From a virus (Duplodnaviria; Caudoviricetes), in the IMG/VR virus record IMGVR_UViG_2874444136_000005, positions 11,866 through 75,865 of that record: a stretch of 64,000 bases of DNA; one strand, given 5' to 3'. The notes under the pieces are model-generated. The model did no database searches, was not told the origin of the DNA, and saw nothing but the letters and a program-made list of their open reading frames with translations. Both the position numbers and the translations under genes were made by a program. The first letter of the stretch is position 1, and every line of letters begins with the position of its first letter. Positions 9,704 through 19,429 of this stretch are shown piece by piece.

Positions 9704-9714
9704 AGATCCTCCTT

Positions 9715-10530
9715 TCAAAAAAGTTTGATGATCTGATACGGCGATTTGCCCGGCATGTGAGGCTGGCCGCCGTAGTTCAGAACGTTGTTAAACTTGTCGT
9801 TACAGGTCGCGATAGTGCGATCGCATCCTGGAAAAACCGCCACCACCTGGCCAACGCTTAGCCCAGCAGAGCCGCCGAACAGGCCCAGCACGTTGCCACT
9901 CTGCGCGCGCAACCCGCGCCGCTCTGTCACGCCATCCGCCAGCCACTCCAGATAGCCACCAGAAAACCAGCCGTCTGGAGAGCCGGCCGGCAGATTGACG
10001 GTGATGCTCACGCCATCGAGCGCGCTGATAACCAGACCGCTGACGCCAAACGCCGCCGGCGATACCTTGCAATTGTGGTCATACAGCGAATACGGACAGG
10101 CGCGCCCCCAGGTCAGGCGCAGGCCGCTGCGGGTGAAGGTGCTGGCCAGACTGGCGGTGACCAGCCGGGTGCGGTCTATCGCCTCGCGCTTGACCTCGGT
10201 AATGGTGCCGATCCAGACGGTGCGGAACTCGCCCTGGCTGTCGCCGACGTGCCAGCGATGAATGCGAACGCGTACCGGCTGGGACGGCGGCAGGCCACGA
10301 AAGAGCATGGCCACCGGATTGGCGGTAGGTAACGTGATATCCATCCCATCGCCGGCACCGACGCTCAGACCGCCATCACTGATCGCCTGCTGCTGCCAGA
10401 CGGCACCGGCGGCGGTGATATCCTGATCGGCGTTGGTGTACCGGAAAAACTGCGTATCGCCCCGCACGAACTCATAGAGCGTGACCGGCTGGCCGTTGGC
10501 GGTGGAATACTCAAAATCACTCCAGCTCAT
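9715..10530 (-). CDS. BR0599/DUF2163-family tail protein (gpL-like, Cys cluster)
   Basis: CPYSLYDHNC and PGCDRTIATCNDKFNNVLNYGG motifs. Confidence 0.85.
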   Translation of the reverse strand: MSWSDFEYSTANGQPVTLYEFVRGDTQFFRYTNADQDITAAGAVWQQQAISDGGLSVGAGDGMDITLPTANPVAMLFRGLPPSQPVRVRIHRWHVGDSQGEFRTVWIGTITEVKREAIDRTRLVTASLASTFTRSGLRLTWGRACPYSLYDHNCKVSPAAFGVSGLVISALDGVSITVNLPAGSPDGWFSGGYLEWLADGVTERRGLRAQSGNVLGLFGGSAGLSVGQVVAVFPGCDRTIATCNDKFNNVLNYGGQPHMPGKSPYQIIKLF

Positions 10531-11692
10531 CGCGAAGCCCTCGGAATGTGGTTGATACCTGGGCAAACCCGTCCGCATCGGTCGAGTGTTCCCAGGTGAT
10601 GTCGTCAGTGTTCTGGCGGCAAAGCGCCATCAATGACACCTGGCTGATGGAATCCGCCAGCGGAACGTCACCGTCCAGCGCCAGCAGCTCGTAATCACTC
10701 TGGCGCGAGGCGGTGAGGATACGGCGGTAAACGCGGGTGCCATCGACCAACTGCAGACGCAGATCACTCCGGCCAGGCACCACACCAAACTCACTAAAGC
10801 CGGCAACCGCCACAACCAGCGCATTGCCGACAGTCTGCACAGGGATGAAGTCCTGCGCCTGGCTGGCGACCCAAATCGCACGCTGGCGACCGCGCAGGTA
10901 ATAGAGCTGGCCACGCAGCCTTGCCTGGGCCTGGCGACCAATTTCAGACCACACATGCTGCTGCATGATAAAGGCCCGGCCTGCGGTGTCGGTGCGGTAG
11001 GGAATGCCGACCTCGTTGTCCAGCTCCAGGAGCTGGCGCTGATACTCGGCCGTCAGGTCATCAACCCAATCAGCGTCTTGTTCAAGCACGGGATGCCCGC
11101 GATAGATTGCGGCATTCATCGCCGGCGCAAACGGGTTATGTGCCGCCAGGCGAAAGCGCAGCTGCAGACGCATCAGGCTGTCACTGTGACGGGTGATTGC
11201 CGGCGTATCGGTCAAGACGGCCGGTCGTAGCGGATAAACCCATGTGCCGGCTGGCCACGCCCCTAACGGGGCCGTAACGGTGACGCTGCCGGCATCGATG
11301 CTCTGGATCTGCGCGACGGCCTGGTTGGCCAACATCCCGAAACCTTGTTTAAGCAGCAGGTTATCGCCCACGACAAAATCACGGCCGGCCGCTGGCAGCG
11401 CGATAACCTGGCTACCGGCCGAGATGGGGGCCGACAAAACCGCAACGTCAGGAAACACCGGCATATCCCAGGTGACGCCGCCGGCATGAAAAAGCTGGGT
11501 CTCCAGCGCGCGGGCGTCGGCATTGCCGGCAAGCACGGTAAACTCATACAGCCGGCGCGGCGAGAGACGTCGGGCAATGCGCTGTTCTGCCCCGGACGGG
11601 GAGATCAGGACGTCCGTTTTCCAGGACAGGGTTTCACTGACGCCTTCGGCCCAATCAGGCTCCATCAACCACGGGAGACGAACGGCCATCAT
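10517..11692 (-). CDS. Tail structural protein
   Basis: PDWAEGVSETLSWKTDVL..SGAEQR..R..PRR motif of D3112-like tail proteins. Confidence 0.75.
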   Translation of the reverse strand: MMAVRLPWLMEPDWAEGVSETLSWKTDVLISPSGAEQRIARRLSPRRLYEFTVLAGNADARALETQLFHAGGVTWDMPVFPDVAVLSAPISAGSQVIALPAAGRDFVVGDNLLLKQGFGMLANQAVAQIQSIDAGSVTVTAPLGAWPAGTWVYPLRPAVLTDTPAITRHSDSLMRLQLRFRLAAHNPFAPAMNAAIYRGHPVLEQDADWVDDLTAEYQRQLLELDNEVGIPYRTDTAGRAFIMQQHVWSEIGRQAQARLRGQLYYLRGRQRAIWVASQAQDFIPVQTVGNALVVAVAGFSEFGVVPGRSDLRLQLVDGTRVYRRILTASRQSDYELLALDGDVPLADSISQVSLMALCRQNTDDITWEHSTDADGFAQVSTTFRGLRDELE

Positions 11693-14600
11693 TTACCCCC
11701 AATCATCTGTTTGAGCGTGGGCAACTGGCTCTTCACCCACGTCATCATGATCCGGTTTCCACCTGGTTTCTTCATGGCTTCCCCCATCACTTCAATGGGA
11801 TCGAGCACCAGGTACTGCTGCAGGTTGGTCGTACCGCCGCCGGCACCCTGCGCACCTGGTGCATCAGGGTTAACGGATTGATTCACCCCGGCCGCGCGGC
11901 TAAAACCGGGGTCGGAGACCAGCCCGCCATCGGCGAACGCGCCGAGGCGGCCCTGGTTAACCGCGTGCATGAAGTCCACGCCATAGCGCTGGACAGCGGC
12001 GGTTTTCATGACAAACTCGCCGTTTGACAAGCGAGCCGCGATGCTGTCGGAGGTGCCGGTACCGGGGCCGGTGATCTGGCCACCGGTCGCGGCCGCCACG
12101 CTGGCAGCCGCACCCAGGCCGGAGGACGCGCTGCCGGCGGCGCTGGCGGATGCAATGGCCGAGGCCAGTGTGGCCGCGCCGGTCGTGAATGCCGTCGTCA
12201 ACGCCGTGGTGAGTGCCGTGATGCCGGTGGTCAGCGCCGTGGTGAAACCGCCCGTCAGCGCCGTGCTGCCGGCAGTGATTGAGGTGCCCATGGCGGTGGC
12301 CCCCGCCGTGGAGGCGGTGGTGATGGCCGTCGCGTAGGTGGTCGCACCGGCGGCATCGGTCGCGGTATCGGTGGCTGCATTAACAGCGGTGCCAGCGGCA
12401 CTACCGGCCGTACTGGCCCCGAGACCCAGCAGCCCCTTGAGGCTGTCGGTCACGCTGCCGAGGCCTTCCATCGCCATGCCGGCCAGGTTGCGTGATGCGA
12501 CTTGCGCCATGGCATTGGCGACCGATTTAGCCAGGTTTAACACCGCATCACTGAGGTTTAGCGTGCCATCTGCCAGCCCGTTGAGCGTGCTCTCCATGCC
12601 ATCCTGCAGCCCGTCTTTAAACGCGGCCGTCAGGTCGTCCGTTGTGGATTTCAGCGTTATCAGCTCGTTTTCCAGGTTGGCCAGCAGGTCGCGCATCTGC
12701 TCGCCGGCTTCACCAGGCAATGCCGCCATTTCACGCAGCTGCGGCAGGCTCTCGGTGATTTTGCTGCCGACTTCCTGATGCAATGCAACCAGTTGCCGGC
12801 GGCCCTGCAGTTCTGAGATGAGGCCCGCTTGCACCTGCGCCTGGATGCTGCTCTCTTTCTGGCTGCGGTAGGTCTGCAGGTCATCCAGACTCTTTTTGAG
12901 CGCGTCCGCCCGCACCTTGGCTTCCTGTACCGGCAGCAACTTGTCCAGCCAGGCCAGCCCCTCGGTGTTGCCGGTCTGGGTGAACTCCTTGCGCATCTCG
13001 GCGATGTTGGCCCGCACTTCCGCCAGGCCGCCGCCGAGCACGTCGCCGGTGGCTTTCAGATATTGCGCCTGCAGCTGGGCGTTCTTGGTGGCGTTGGCGT
13101 CCGATTTCTCTTTCTGCTCGCCGGCTGCGATAACCGCCAGCGCCGCTTCTGCCCGCGCTTTCAGCGCCCCGGACAGGCCTTTTTCTGCCAGTTCGTAAGC
13201 CGCGACCTGTGATTTTGTCTTGCCGACGGCAAAGGCCTGTTTCTCCAGCCCCTTGACGTAGGACTCATTGGCCGAGGCGGCCGACTTGGCCGAACGCGCA
13301 GCCGCGTCTGAGTTCTTCTTGTTCTCCTTGGCCTGGTCGGTCTGCTTCTGCAGGTTGACCAGCTTTTCCAGGCTTTCGCGCAGCTTGTCGATATCTTCCG
13401 GTGCCTTGCCGGCCGCCAGCGCCGCCGCAATGGTTTTGTCTCGCAGTTGCTCCAGCTGCTGGGCGGCCGTGTAGGTCGCATCGGCCAGCTCTTTCTCCAG
13501 CTTCGGCCGCAGCTTGTCGGCTTCGGCGCTCAGCGCGGTAAAGGATTCCTCGCTTTGCGCCATCTGCGCCACGGCCTCATCCATCCAACGAATGGGGCCT
13601 GCGTTCTGCAGATCGGTCAACACATCACGCAGCGTCTTGCCGCTTGCGGTCGGCGCATCCATCGCGCGCGCCAGGCGGTTTTCCAGCTCATCGGACAGCT
13701 TGTCTTGCACGTCGCTGAGGTTGTCGAACTTCGGCGTCAGCGCATCGATTTGCTTTTGCACCTCAGCCAGTTTGTCAGTCAGATAAACGATGCCGATCCC
13801 GCTCGGGGCCGGGCTGCTCAGCAGGCCGTCAATCTGCTGTTTAAGCGATGCCGCCTGGCTCTGCAGGTCGCTGAGTTTCTTGCTGTCCTGGGTAAGCACA
13901 TCGGCGTTGGTGCGTTGCTGCGTCAGCGCATCGCCCGTGCTGACCGAATCTTTCAGGCGGCCCTGGGCGCTTATCAGCGCCTCGGTTTTCTGGCGCTGGT
14001 CTTCCAGGGTCTGGATGGTCTGCTGGTGCTGCTGCGCCAGCGCGGCTTCATGCTCCTGGTTGGCCGCATAGGCCGCGCTCAGGCCGCCGACGGCCAGCGT
14101 CACGCCGGTGATGGCCAGCCCCATTGGGCCACCCAGCAGCCCCATCAAACCCGTTCCCAGGCGACCAAAGGTCGATGCAGAGGCGCGGGCGACGCCCAGC
14201 GCTTTCTCTGCAGCAGTCTGACGAACCAGTGACGCAGTCACCAGGTCTTCCGCTTTGGCGCGTGCGCCAGGTGCGGTAATGCCGGAGACTTTGGCGCGGG
14301 CGGCCTGCGCCTGCGCAGCAGCCACGGCGGCTTTGGCTTCGGCATATTCCGCCTCGGCAAGCTGCAGCGTCTCGATGCGGTCGGCACGCGCGGCCGTGGT
14401 CGCTGCAACCAGCGCGGCGACCTTACGGCCGCCCATCACCACCGCCAGGGCAATGGCGGCAGTGGTCAACGTGGACATGTTGCTGGCCAGACCGGAAATG
14501 ACGGCCGCAATCGCTTTGGATGCGCCCAGCGCATCGTTGGTGCCGCCGACGAACTCGACCCAGGCGTTGGCCATTTCCGTGGCGGCGCGGCCGATGGTCA

Positions 14601-15405
14601 GCGGCATCTGCGCAAACTCGCGGTCAACATCGCCGGCACCGTCTTTCAGCGCCTTGAAGACCACCTGCGTGGTGAGCATCCCTTGCTCGGCCATCGCGCG
14701 CAGTTCGCCACGGGTTTTGCCCAGGGATTTCTCCAGCATTTCCATGATGCGCGGCATCTGTTCGGACACCGAGTTGAATTCTTCCCCGCGTAAGGTGCCG
14801 GATGCCAACCCCTGGCTAAGTTGGATGATGGCGTTCGTGGACTCTTCGGCTGTCGCACCGGAGACGATCGCCGCTTTGTTGATGGTGCTGGTCACCTGCA
14901 GCAGTTCGGTCTGGGTCGCACTGCCTTTAAGCGAGCGGGCCATGCGGGTATAGAGTTCGGCGGTCGAGGCGATGCGTTGACCGGTTTCATTTGCCACACC
15001 GATTACCGATTTAAAGGTCGTGGCCGCCTGTTCGTTGGACGTGGAGACCAGGCGAATACGCGCCGCCAGGTTGGTGTATTCATCAGACGTGCTGGCCAGG
15101 TTGGCTATCAGACCGCCGCCAAGCGCAATACCGATGGCCGCCGCCAGCGGCTTGAGCCGGGTCAGCTGGTTGCTCAGGCCATCAACGTTAGCGGCGGTTT
15201 TATCGAGCTTTCGGTTGGCGCTGTCGGCAGCACCACCGACTCGATCGAGACCGGACGCCGCCGAGCCGCCGGCACTGCCCAGCCGGGTGCCGCTTTGGCT
15301 GGCGCTGTCCAGGGAGGACTGCAGTTGCTTGAGGGAGGCCTGGGCGCTTTTTAAATCCGCCTGAATACGCAGGCGCAATTCCAGGTTGCCGTTTCCGCTT
15401 GCCAT
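11689..15405 (-). CDS. Tail tape measure protein
   Basis: 1238 aa Ala-rich; QLSQGLASGTLRGEEFNSV; C-terminal GPGTGTSDSIAARLSNGEFV. Confidence 0.95.
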   Translation of the reverse strand: MASGNGNLELRLRIQADLKSAQASLKQLQSSLDSASQSGTRLGSAGGSAASGLDRVGGAADSANRKLDKTAANVDGLSNQLTRLKPLAAAIGIALGGGLIANLASTSDEYTNLAARIRLVSTSNEQAATTFKSVIGVANETGQRIASTAELYTRMARSLKGSATQTELLQVTSTINKAAIVSGATAEESTNAIIQLSQGLASGTLRGEEFNSVSEQMPRIMEMLEKSLGKTRGELRAMAEQGMLTTQVVFKALKDGAGDVDREFAQMPLTIGRAATEMANAWVEFVGGTNDALGASKAIAAVISGLASNMSTLTTAAIALAVVMGGRKVAALVAATTAARADRIETLQLAEAEYAEAKAAVAAAQAQAARAKVSGITAPGARAKAEDLVTASLVRQTAAEKALGVARASASTFGRLGTGLMGLLGGPMGLAITGVTLAVGGLSAAYAANQEHEAALAQQHQQTIQTLEDQRQKTEALISAQGRLKDSVSTGDALTQQRTNADVLTQDSKKLSDLQSQAASLKQQIDGLLSSPAPSGIGIVYLTDKLAEVQKQIDALTPKFDNLSDVQDKLSDELENRLARAMDAPTASGKTLRDVLTDLQNAGPIRWMDEAVAQMAQSEESFTALSAEADKLRPKLEKELADATYTAAQQLEQLRDKTIAAALAAGKAPEDIDKLRESLEKLVNLQKQTDQAKENKKNSDAAARSAKSAASANESYVKGLEKQAFAVGKTKSQVAAYELAEKGLSGALKARAEAALAVIAAGEQKEKSDANATKNAQLQAQYLKATGDVLGGGLAEVRANIAEMRKEFTQTGNTEGLAWLDKLLPVQEAKVRADALKKSLDDLQTYRSQKESSIQAQVQAGLISELQGRRQLVALHQEVGSKITESLPQLREMAALPGEAGEQMRDLLANLENELITLKSTTDDLTAAFKDGLQDGMESTLNGLADGTLNLSDAVLNLAKSVANAMAQVASRNLAGMAMEGLGSVTDSLKGLLGLGASTAGSAAGTAVNAATDTATDAAGATTYATAITTASTAGATAMGTSITAGSTALTGGFTTALTTGITALTTALTTAFTTGAATLASAIASASAAGSASSGLGAAASVAAATGGQITGPGTGTSDSIAARLSNGEFVMKTAAVQRYGVDFMHAVNQGRLGAFADGGLVSDPGFSRAAGVNQSVNPDAPGAQGAGGGTTNLQQYLVLDPIEVMGEAMKKPGGNRIMMTWVKSQLPTLKQMIGGK

Positions 15406-15428
15406 GCTTGATCACCGTCGGTATGAGT

Positions 15429-15452
15429 AAAACCCCGCCGGTCAGCGGGGTG
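15429..15452 (-). terminator. Terminator-like hairpin between chaperone and tape measure genes
   Basis: ACCCCGC-N5-GCGGGGT followed by TTT on minus strand. Confidence 0.5.
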
Positions 15453-15464
15453 GAAGGAGGGAAA

Positions 15465-15752
15465 TTAACGCCGTTTTAAAGCCTGTTTGAACTTGTCGAT
15501 ATACCCCTTTAACGTCTTTCCCCCCGCGAAACTGGCGCTGCCGTCAAGGGTGTGGTGCATTCGCTCCGTCAGCTCTCGCTTTAGTGCCTGCTCATGAAAC
15601 AGCTTTAACTGGCGGGCGGTGTAGTGTCTGAGTTCGCCGAATCGGTGGCCGTGGTCGATGAGGCAACTGAAGACCTCTCCCCAGGGGGCGGGTTTTGCAG
15701 CTGCTGCACCAGCCTGGTGAGCGCCGGGCGAATGGCGTTGCGGGTAAAAAAA
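15465..15752 (-). CDS. -1 frameshift extension of tail assembly chaperone (gpGT-like)
   Basis: T TTT TTT heptamer at 15746..15752; -1 frame open to 15465. Confidence 0.7.
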   Translation of the reverse strand, partial: FFYPQRHSPGAHQAGAAAAKPAPWGEVFSCLIDHGHRFGELRHYTARQLKLFHEQALKRELTERMHHTLDGSASFAGGKTLKGYIDKFKQALKRR

Positions 15753-16078
15753 GCCGCGTTGACGCCCCACCAAATCAACAGCAGCCTTTCGCTGTCTTCC
15801 CCAGTCAGACCCGCGACCCATTCGACGCTGCGGCCACAGGAGACCGCTACCGCCTGCAGCACCGCATCCCAGTTCGCCCCGAGTACGTCGTACAGCTCAT
15901 CAATCGACACCTCGGCATCCGGCTTGGCGTTCATCGCATCCATGAACCCTTCGCTGATTGCCTTGAGCGGTTGACGGTGCTGCAGCTGCTCTGCCAGCGT
16001 GTACTCATGCACCGTGACCTGGACGCCGCAGATAGTCAGCGTCCGGTCAGGTATCAGGATGTTCAGCTCATCCGTCAT
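15605..16078 (-). CDS. Tail assembly chaperone (gpG-like)
   Basis: Between tail tube and tape measure genes; WWGVNAAFF then slippery site. Confidence 0.8.
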   Translation of the reverse strand: MTDELNILIPDRTLTICGVQVTVHEYTLAEQLQHRQPLKAISEGFMDAMNAKPDAEVSIDELYDVLGANWDAVLQAVAVSCGRSVEWVAGLTGEDSERLLLIWWGVNAAFFTRNAIRPALTRLVQQLQNPPPGERSSVASSTTATDSANSDTTPPAS

Positions 16079-16824
16079 CAGACGCTCCCGACGTGGATAA
16101 CGCGCCCATAGCGGCCAAACTGGGCATCATCCGGCCGCTCAGTGTCCAACAGGACGGTCGCGGTGGTTTCCAGCCCAGGCAACGAGGTGTCGGTATTGAT
16201 GAGGCTCAACGCCGACGCCGGGTCGTATTGTACGCGGTACAGCTCAACGACGACGGCCGCGCCGTTCTCTGCCAGGTTGATCCCCTCGTAACGCAGGAAC
16301 AATTCATCGGGCGTTTGGGTGAATACCGAGGTGTTAACGCTGCTGGCGTGCGTATAGTTGACGCTAAGCGGCTGCGTGGCTGGCGTGGTCAGGAACTCCA
16401 GCGCGCCAAACTTGGCGTCGAGCTTGTAATCCGTCCCCTCGACCAAATCGGCAATCGTCACGGCGCTGACGTTCTGATGGGTCAGTGGGATGCGGTCGCC
16501 GGCCTGAATCCCTGCCGGCAGCGCTTCGCCGGTGATGGTGCCGGCCGGGACGGCCACTTTCTCGCCGTACAGCAGAATGGCCAGGTTATCCGGCGAATGC
16601 TCATACCAGGTGGCGGTGACCGTGCCATCCTTGCCGGTGCTGATGCGGCGCACGGGCGCACGCTGGCCCGTATAGGACTCTTTGTGGGTGAAGGAGTCCG
16701 TGGTGAGCGCAATCTGCAGCTCGCCCACGTCACCAATCCAGCGCAGCGATACCGCCTGGCCCTGCGCATTGCGACGGCCGAGGAACACCTTGCCCTGGCC
16801 GTAGTAGTAAGTTTCTGGGGTCAT
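16078..16824 (-). CDS. Major tail tube protein
   Basis: Position upstream of chaperone and tape measure; YYYGQGKVFLG...HKESYTGQR motif. Confidence 0.85.
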   Translation of the reverse strand: MTPETYYYGQGKVFLGRRNAQGQAVSLRWIGDVGELQIALTTDSFTHKESYTGQRAPVRRISTGKDGTVTATWYEHSPDNLAILLYGEKVAVPAGTITGEALPAGIQAGDRIPLTHQNVSAVTIADLVEGTDYKLDAKFGALEFLTTPATQPLSVNYTHASSVNTSVFTQTPDELFLRYEGINLAENGAAVVVELYRVQYDPASALSLINTDTSLPGLETTATVLLDTERPDDAQFGRYGRVIHVGSV

Positions 16825-17018
16825 TGTTCCTGTTCCTCGGTCGGTGAGTCGGCGGAGCCGGTCTCGGTTTTGGTTTTGCGGTTCACGCCCGCTTTTTTCG
16901 CGCCGGCGTGCTCAATCAGCCACTGCGCCGTTGCGTCGTCCACTTCAATCTCGGTGCCGGCAGCAAGCGCCACGCCCTGATGGGTGTGCGGGCCGGTCAG
17001 TACAATTCGCCTGGTCAT
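16821..17018 (-). CDS. Small virion-region protein
   Basis: MTRRIVLTGPHTHQG..GTEIEVD; GGAGG RBS, ATGA overlaps. Confidence 0.65.
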   Translation of the reverse strand: MTRRIVLTGPHTHQGVALAAGTEIEVDDATAQWLIEHAGAKKAGVNRKTKTETGSADSPTEEQEQ

Positions 17019-17482
17019 TGATAGCCTCCAATCGCGGCGGGAACGTCCACCTGAAACACCAGAGGGTAATAGCCATAGCCGGACTCGTACTGTGCCGGCA
17101 GGCTCTGATTGCTCCTGGCCAGCTGCCGAGTAACCCCTTCGAGCGGTGACCACCCGGCCAAGGCCTCGACGGTTTTCAACATCAGCGGGCCGGCTTCGCT
17201 GCTGATATCAGCGCCGAGGCCGCGACCGTCGGCGAAATACACGCAGACCACCACGGCCCAGAGCTGCGTCACGAACTGCAGCCGGCGCTGGCCGCCACCG
17301 GTGGCGGCCGTCGAAGTGTTGACGGTATCGCCCAGGTACATCACATACGCCATCGGGCATATCGGGTTGTCATCGTTCATCTGAGACAGCCCGGCGACGC
17401 CCGTCACTTCGACAAACTCCGGTACGGCAGCACGCAGCCGGCCAATCAGCAACGGCTCGCAAAAGAGATAGTCGGTTACCAC
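17015..17482 (-). CDS. Tail terminator/completion protein
   Basis: Position after gp36-like gene; QLWAVVV, ALAGWSP motifs. Confidence 0.7.
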   Translation of the reverse strand: MVTDYLFCEPLLIGRLRAAVPEFVEVTGVAGLSQMNDDNPICPMAYVMYLGDTVNTSTAATGGGQRRLQFVTQLWAVVVCVYFADGRGLGADISSEAGPLMLKTVEALAGWSPLEGVTRQLARSNQSLPAQYESGYGYYPLVFQVDVPAAIGGYQ

Positions 17483-17898
17483 AGGCCATCCCTCCGGAAC
17501 ATGTTGCGCCCTGGCTCAAACATCACGGTATCTTCCGGCTCCATCACCTTGCCGGCGGCATCCAGACCCAGAGACAAGCGACCGGCCGCGACCTTTTCCA
17601 ACTGGCGAATACGCTGGTTGTAACGGGTGACAACCGGCGATTCGTCCTTCGGGTTCTGATACAGGTAATAGCGGGTGATATCGCTGGCGATACGCCGCAG
17701 CGTGTCCGGCACGCTGGGGAGCGGCAGCAGGCCGCGCCCTTCCAGGTACATGTTGATCTCGGCATCGGCATCCGCAATCGCCTTCTCCACCACGGCAGGG
17801 TCAATTTGGCCGGTTGCCGGCCGAGCGCGGTCGGAGATGCGGATGATTTCCTGCTCGCCGAAATCGTTCACCAGGTCAGCCTGCGTGCAGTACCCCAT
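17476..17898 (-). CDS. Mu gp36-like head-tail adaptor (DUF1320)
   Basis: YCTQADL..FGEQEI, AIADADAEINMYL, DITRYYLY. Confidence 0.88.
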   Translation of the reverse strand: MGYCTQADLVNDFGEQEIIRISDRARPATGQIDPAVVEKAIADADAEINMYLEGRGLLPLPSVPDTLRRIASDITRYYLYQNPKDESPVVTRYNQRIRQLEKVAAGRLSLGLDAAGKVMEPEDTVMFEPGRNMFRRDGLW

Positions 17899-17900
17899 GG

Positions 17901-18443
17901 TTATTCCCCAGTCGGCGCAATCGGCTTGATGCGCAGGAATGTGTCCGCCGAGATCGCCGCGATCTGCTCATCGCTCAACAGCGAGAAATCGTAAGGTTTT
18001 GGCTCGGAGGTGAACTCAATGCCGGCGCGGAATCGCTTACCGCTCGGTGAACGCACCACCTGAACGGTGAACCAATGGGGTTTTGCGTCCGTGCTGACCT
18101 CTGTTTTTTCCACCGAAGAGCGGATGAAGTCGAGCATGGCCTTTTCACCTGAAACGGTGTTGATAAGGCCTGAGAAACCTCCGGCGTCAGCGGCATCACC
18201 TGCAGCGGCATCAGTGCCGGCATTGGCGATATCACCTGCAGCGGTATCGGTGCTGGCGTCGGCGGCATCACCTGCAGAGGTATCGGTGTCAGTGTTGGTG
18301 TCATCAGCTGCAGCGGCATCGGTGCCGGCATTGATGGCATCACCTGCAACGGCATCGGTGCCAGCGTTGGCGATATCACCTGCAGCAGTACCATCCTTGA
18401 TGAATTTCTCTTCCGGTTTGTCTTTATTTTTCGGGGTAGCCAT
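17901..18443 (-). CDS. HI1506/Mu gp35-like protein with 12-aa acidic repeats
   Basis: C-terminal RFRAGIEFT..LSDEQIAAISAD..L; position after major head gene. Confidence 0.7.
   Translation of the reverse strand: MATPKNKDKPEEKFIKDGTAAGDIANAGTDAVAGDAINAGTDAAAADDTNTDTDTSAGDAADASTDTAAGDIANAGTDAAAGDAADAGGFSGLINTVSGEKAMLDFIRSSVEKTEVSTDAKPHWFTVQVVRSPSGKRFRAGIEFTSEPKPYDFSLLSDEQIAAISADTFLRIKPIAPTGE
18180..18391 (-). repeat. Six imperfect 36-nt tandem repeats (xAAGDxANAGTD)
   Basis: ATCACCTGCA recurs at 36-nt period. Confidence 0.85.
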
Positions 18444-18456
18444 AGCAACGTTCTCC

Positions 18457-18480
18457 CGCTACGCCCCACAGGGCGTAGCG
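18457..18480. other. Stable hairpin after major head gene
   Basis: CGCTACGCCC-CACA-GGGCGTAGCG perfect 10-bp stem, no U-tract. Confidence 0.6.
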
Positions 18481-18502
18481 TCATCAGAAAGTGACGGGCG
18501 GC

Positions 18503-19429
18503 TTAAATCAGCCAGGCAGTGTCCAGGATATCGGACAGCTTGTAGTTCGGGTTGTCTTCGCCGCCGTTGATGGTGGCCACGCCAACAATCTTGCGCGCCG
18601 CTTCCGCCAGGGTCGGCGGAACAACGAGCAGATCGCCTTTGATGTTCAGCGGGCGACCGCCATCAGCCACCATGTTGCGCAGCAGCGTGTAGGCCTCCTG
18701 GTAGTTCTCCGCCGTCAACGGCTTGGTGGACTTGACGCAGAACTGCCAGAAACCGAAGCCCACCGCCGACCGCGCACGGACGCCATACAGGAACTCATCG
18801 TTCATGAAGACATAGTCGCTGTTGGTGTCGCTGGTTTTCGCCTGCAGGTCGGGCTTGATGCGCTCCTGGAAAATCAGCGGTTTCAATGCGCGCTTGGTAC
18901 ACATCAGATACCACGGGGCCGGACTGGCCGGGTCACCGCTAGCCGGGGTCAACAGGTTGCTGACCGGGGTGATCGCGCCGGTGCCGTCCACGTTCGCCGC
19001 AACAGGGTGCTCGGTATCAAAGAAGTTCTGGCCGTCGTAACAGAGCGAGGTCTCACCAGCCTTGAGCAGCGCAAAGATATGCTCATCCGGGTAAATCCCC
19101 GCAGCCCGGCCGGCTTCGGTCATCACCGGCTGATAGACGCCCACGCTGTCATCTTCAATCGCTGAGCGCGGGACGCCAACAGTGGCTTCATACAGCTTGT
19201 TGGTGATGCCGTAGCCGTCGGTTTTCATGTCCTTGATGATGCGAGCGCCAACCCATTCACGCATCTGCGGGAATTGACCCAGCCAGGCGTAAATGTTGGT
19301 CGCCGTGGTGGACTTGATCACCGTGGCAATTTTGGTGTAGTCGGAATCGGCCGCTTTCAGACCGTCCTGGAATGCCTTGTTAAAGGCGACAAAAAGCGAC
19401 TTAACCAGCGCGGGTGTGATAATGGCCAT
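18503..19429 (-). CDS. T: Mu-like major head protein T
   Basis: YAWLGQFPQMREWVG, CYDGQNFFDTEHPV, GVRARSAVGFGFWQ. Confidence 0.95.
   Translation of the reverse strand: MAIITPALVKSLFVAFNKAFQDGLKAADSDYTKIATVIKSTTATNIYAWLGQFPQMREWVGARIIKDMKTDGYGITNKLYEATVGVPRSAIEDDSVGVYQPVMTEAGRAAGIYPDEHIFALLKAGETSLCYDGQNFFDTEHPVAANVDGTGAITPVSNLLTPASGDPASPAPWYLMCTKRALKPLIFQERIKPDLQAKTSDTNSDYVFMNDEFLYGVRARSAVGFGFWQFCVKSTKPLTAENYQEAYTLLRNMVADGGRPLNIKGDLLVVPPTLAEAARKIVGVATINGGEDNPNYKLSDILDTAWLI

Noticed and set aside
17975-18484. Alternative-frame repeat ORF (PMPLQVM...) or possible CRISPR array
   Set aside because: Product of the 36-nt coding repeats; no unique spacers or cas genes
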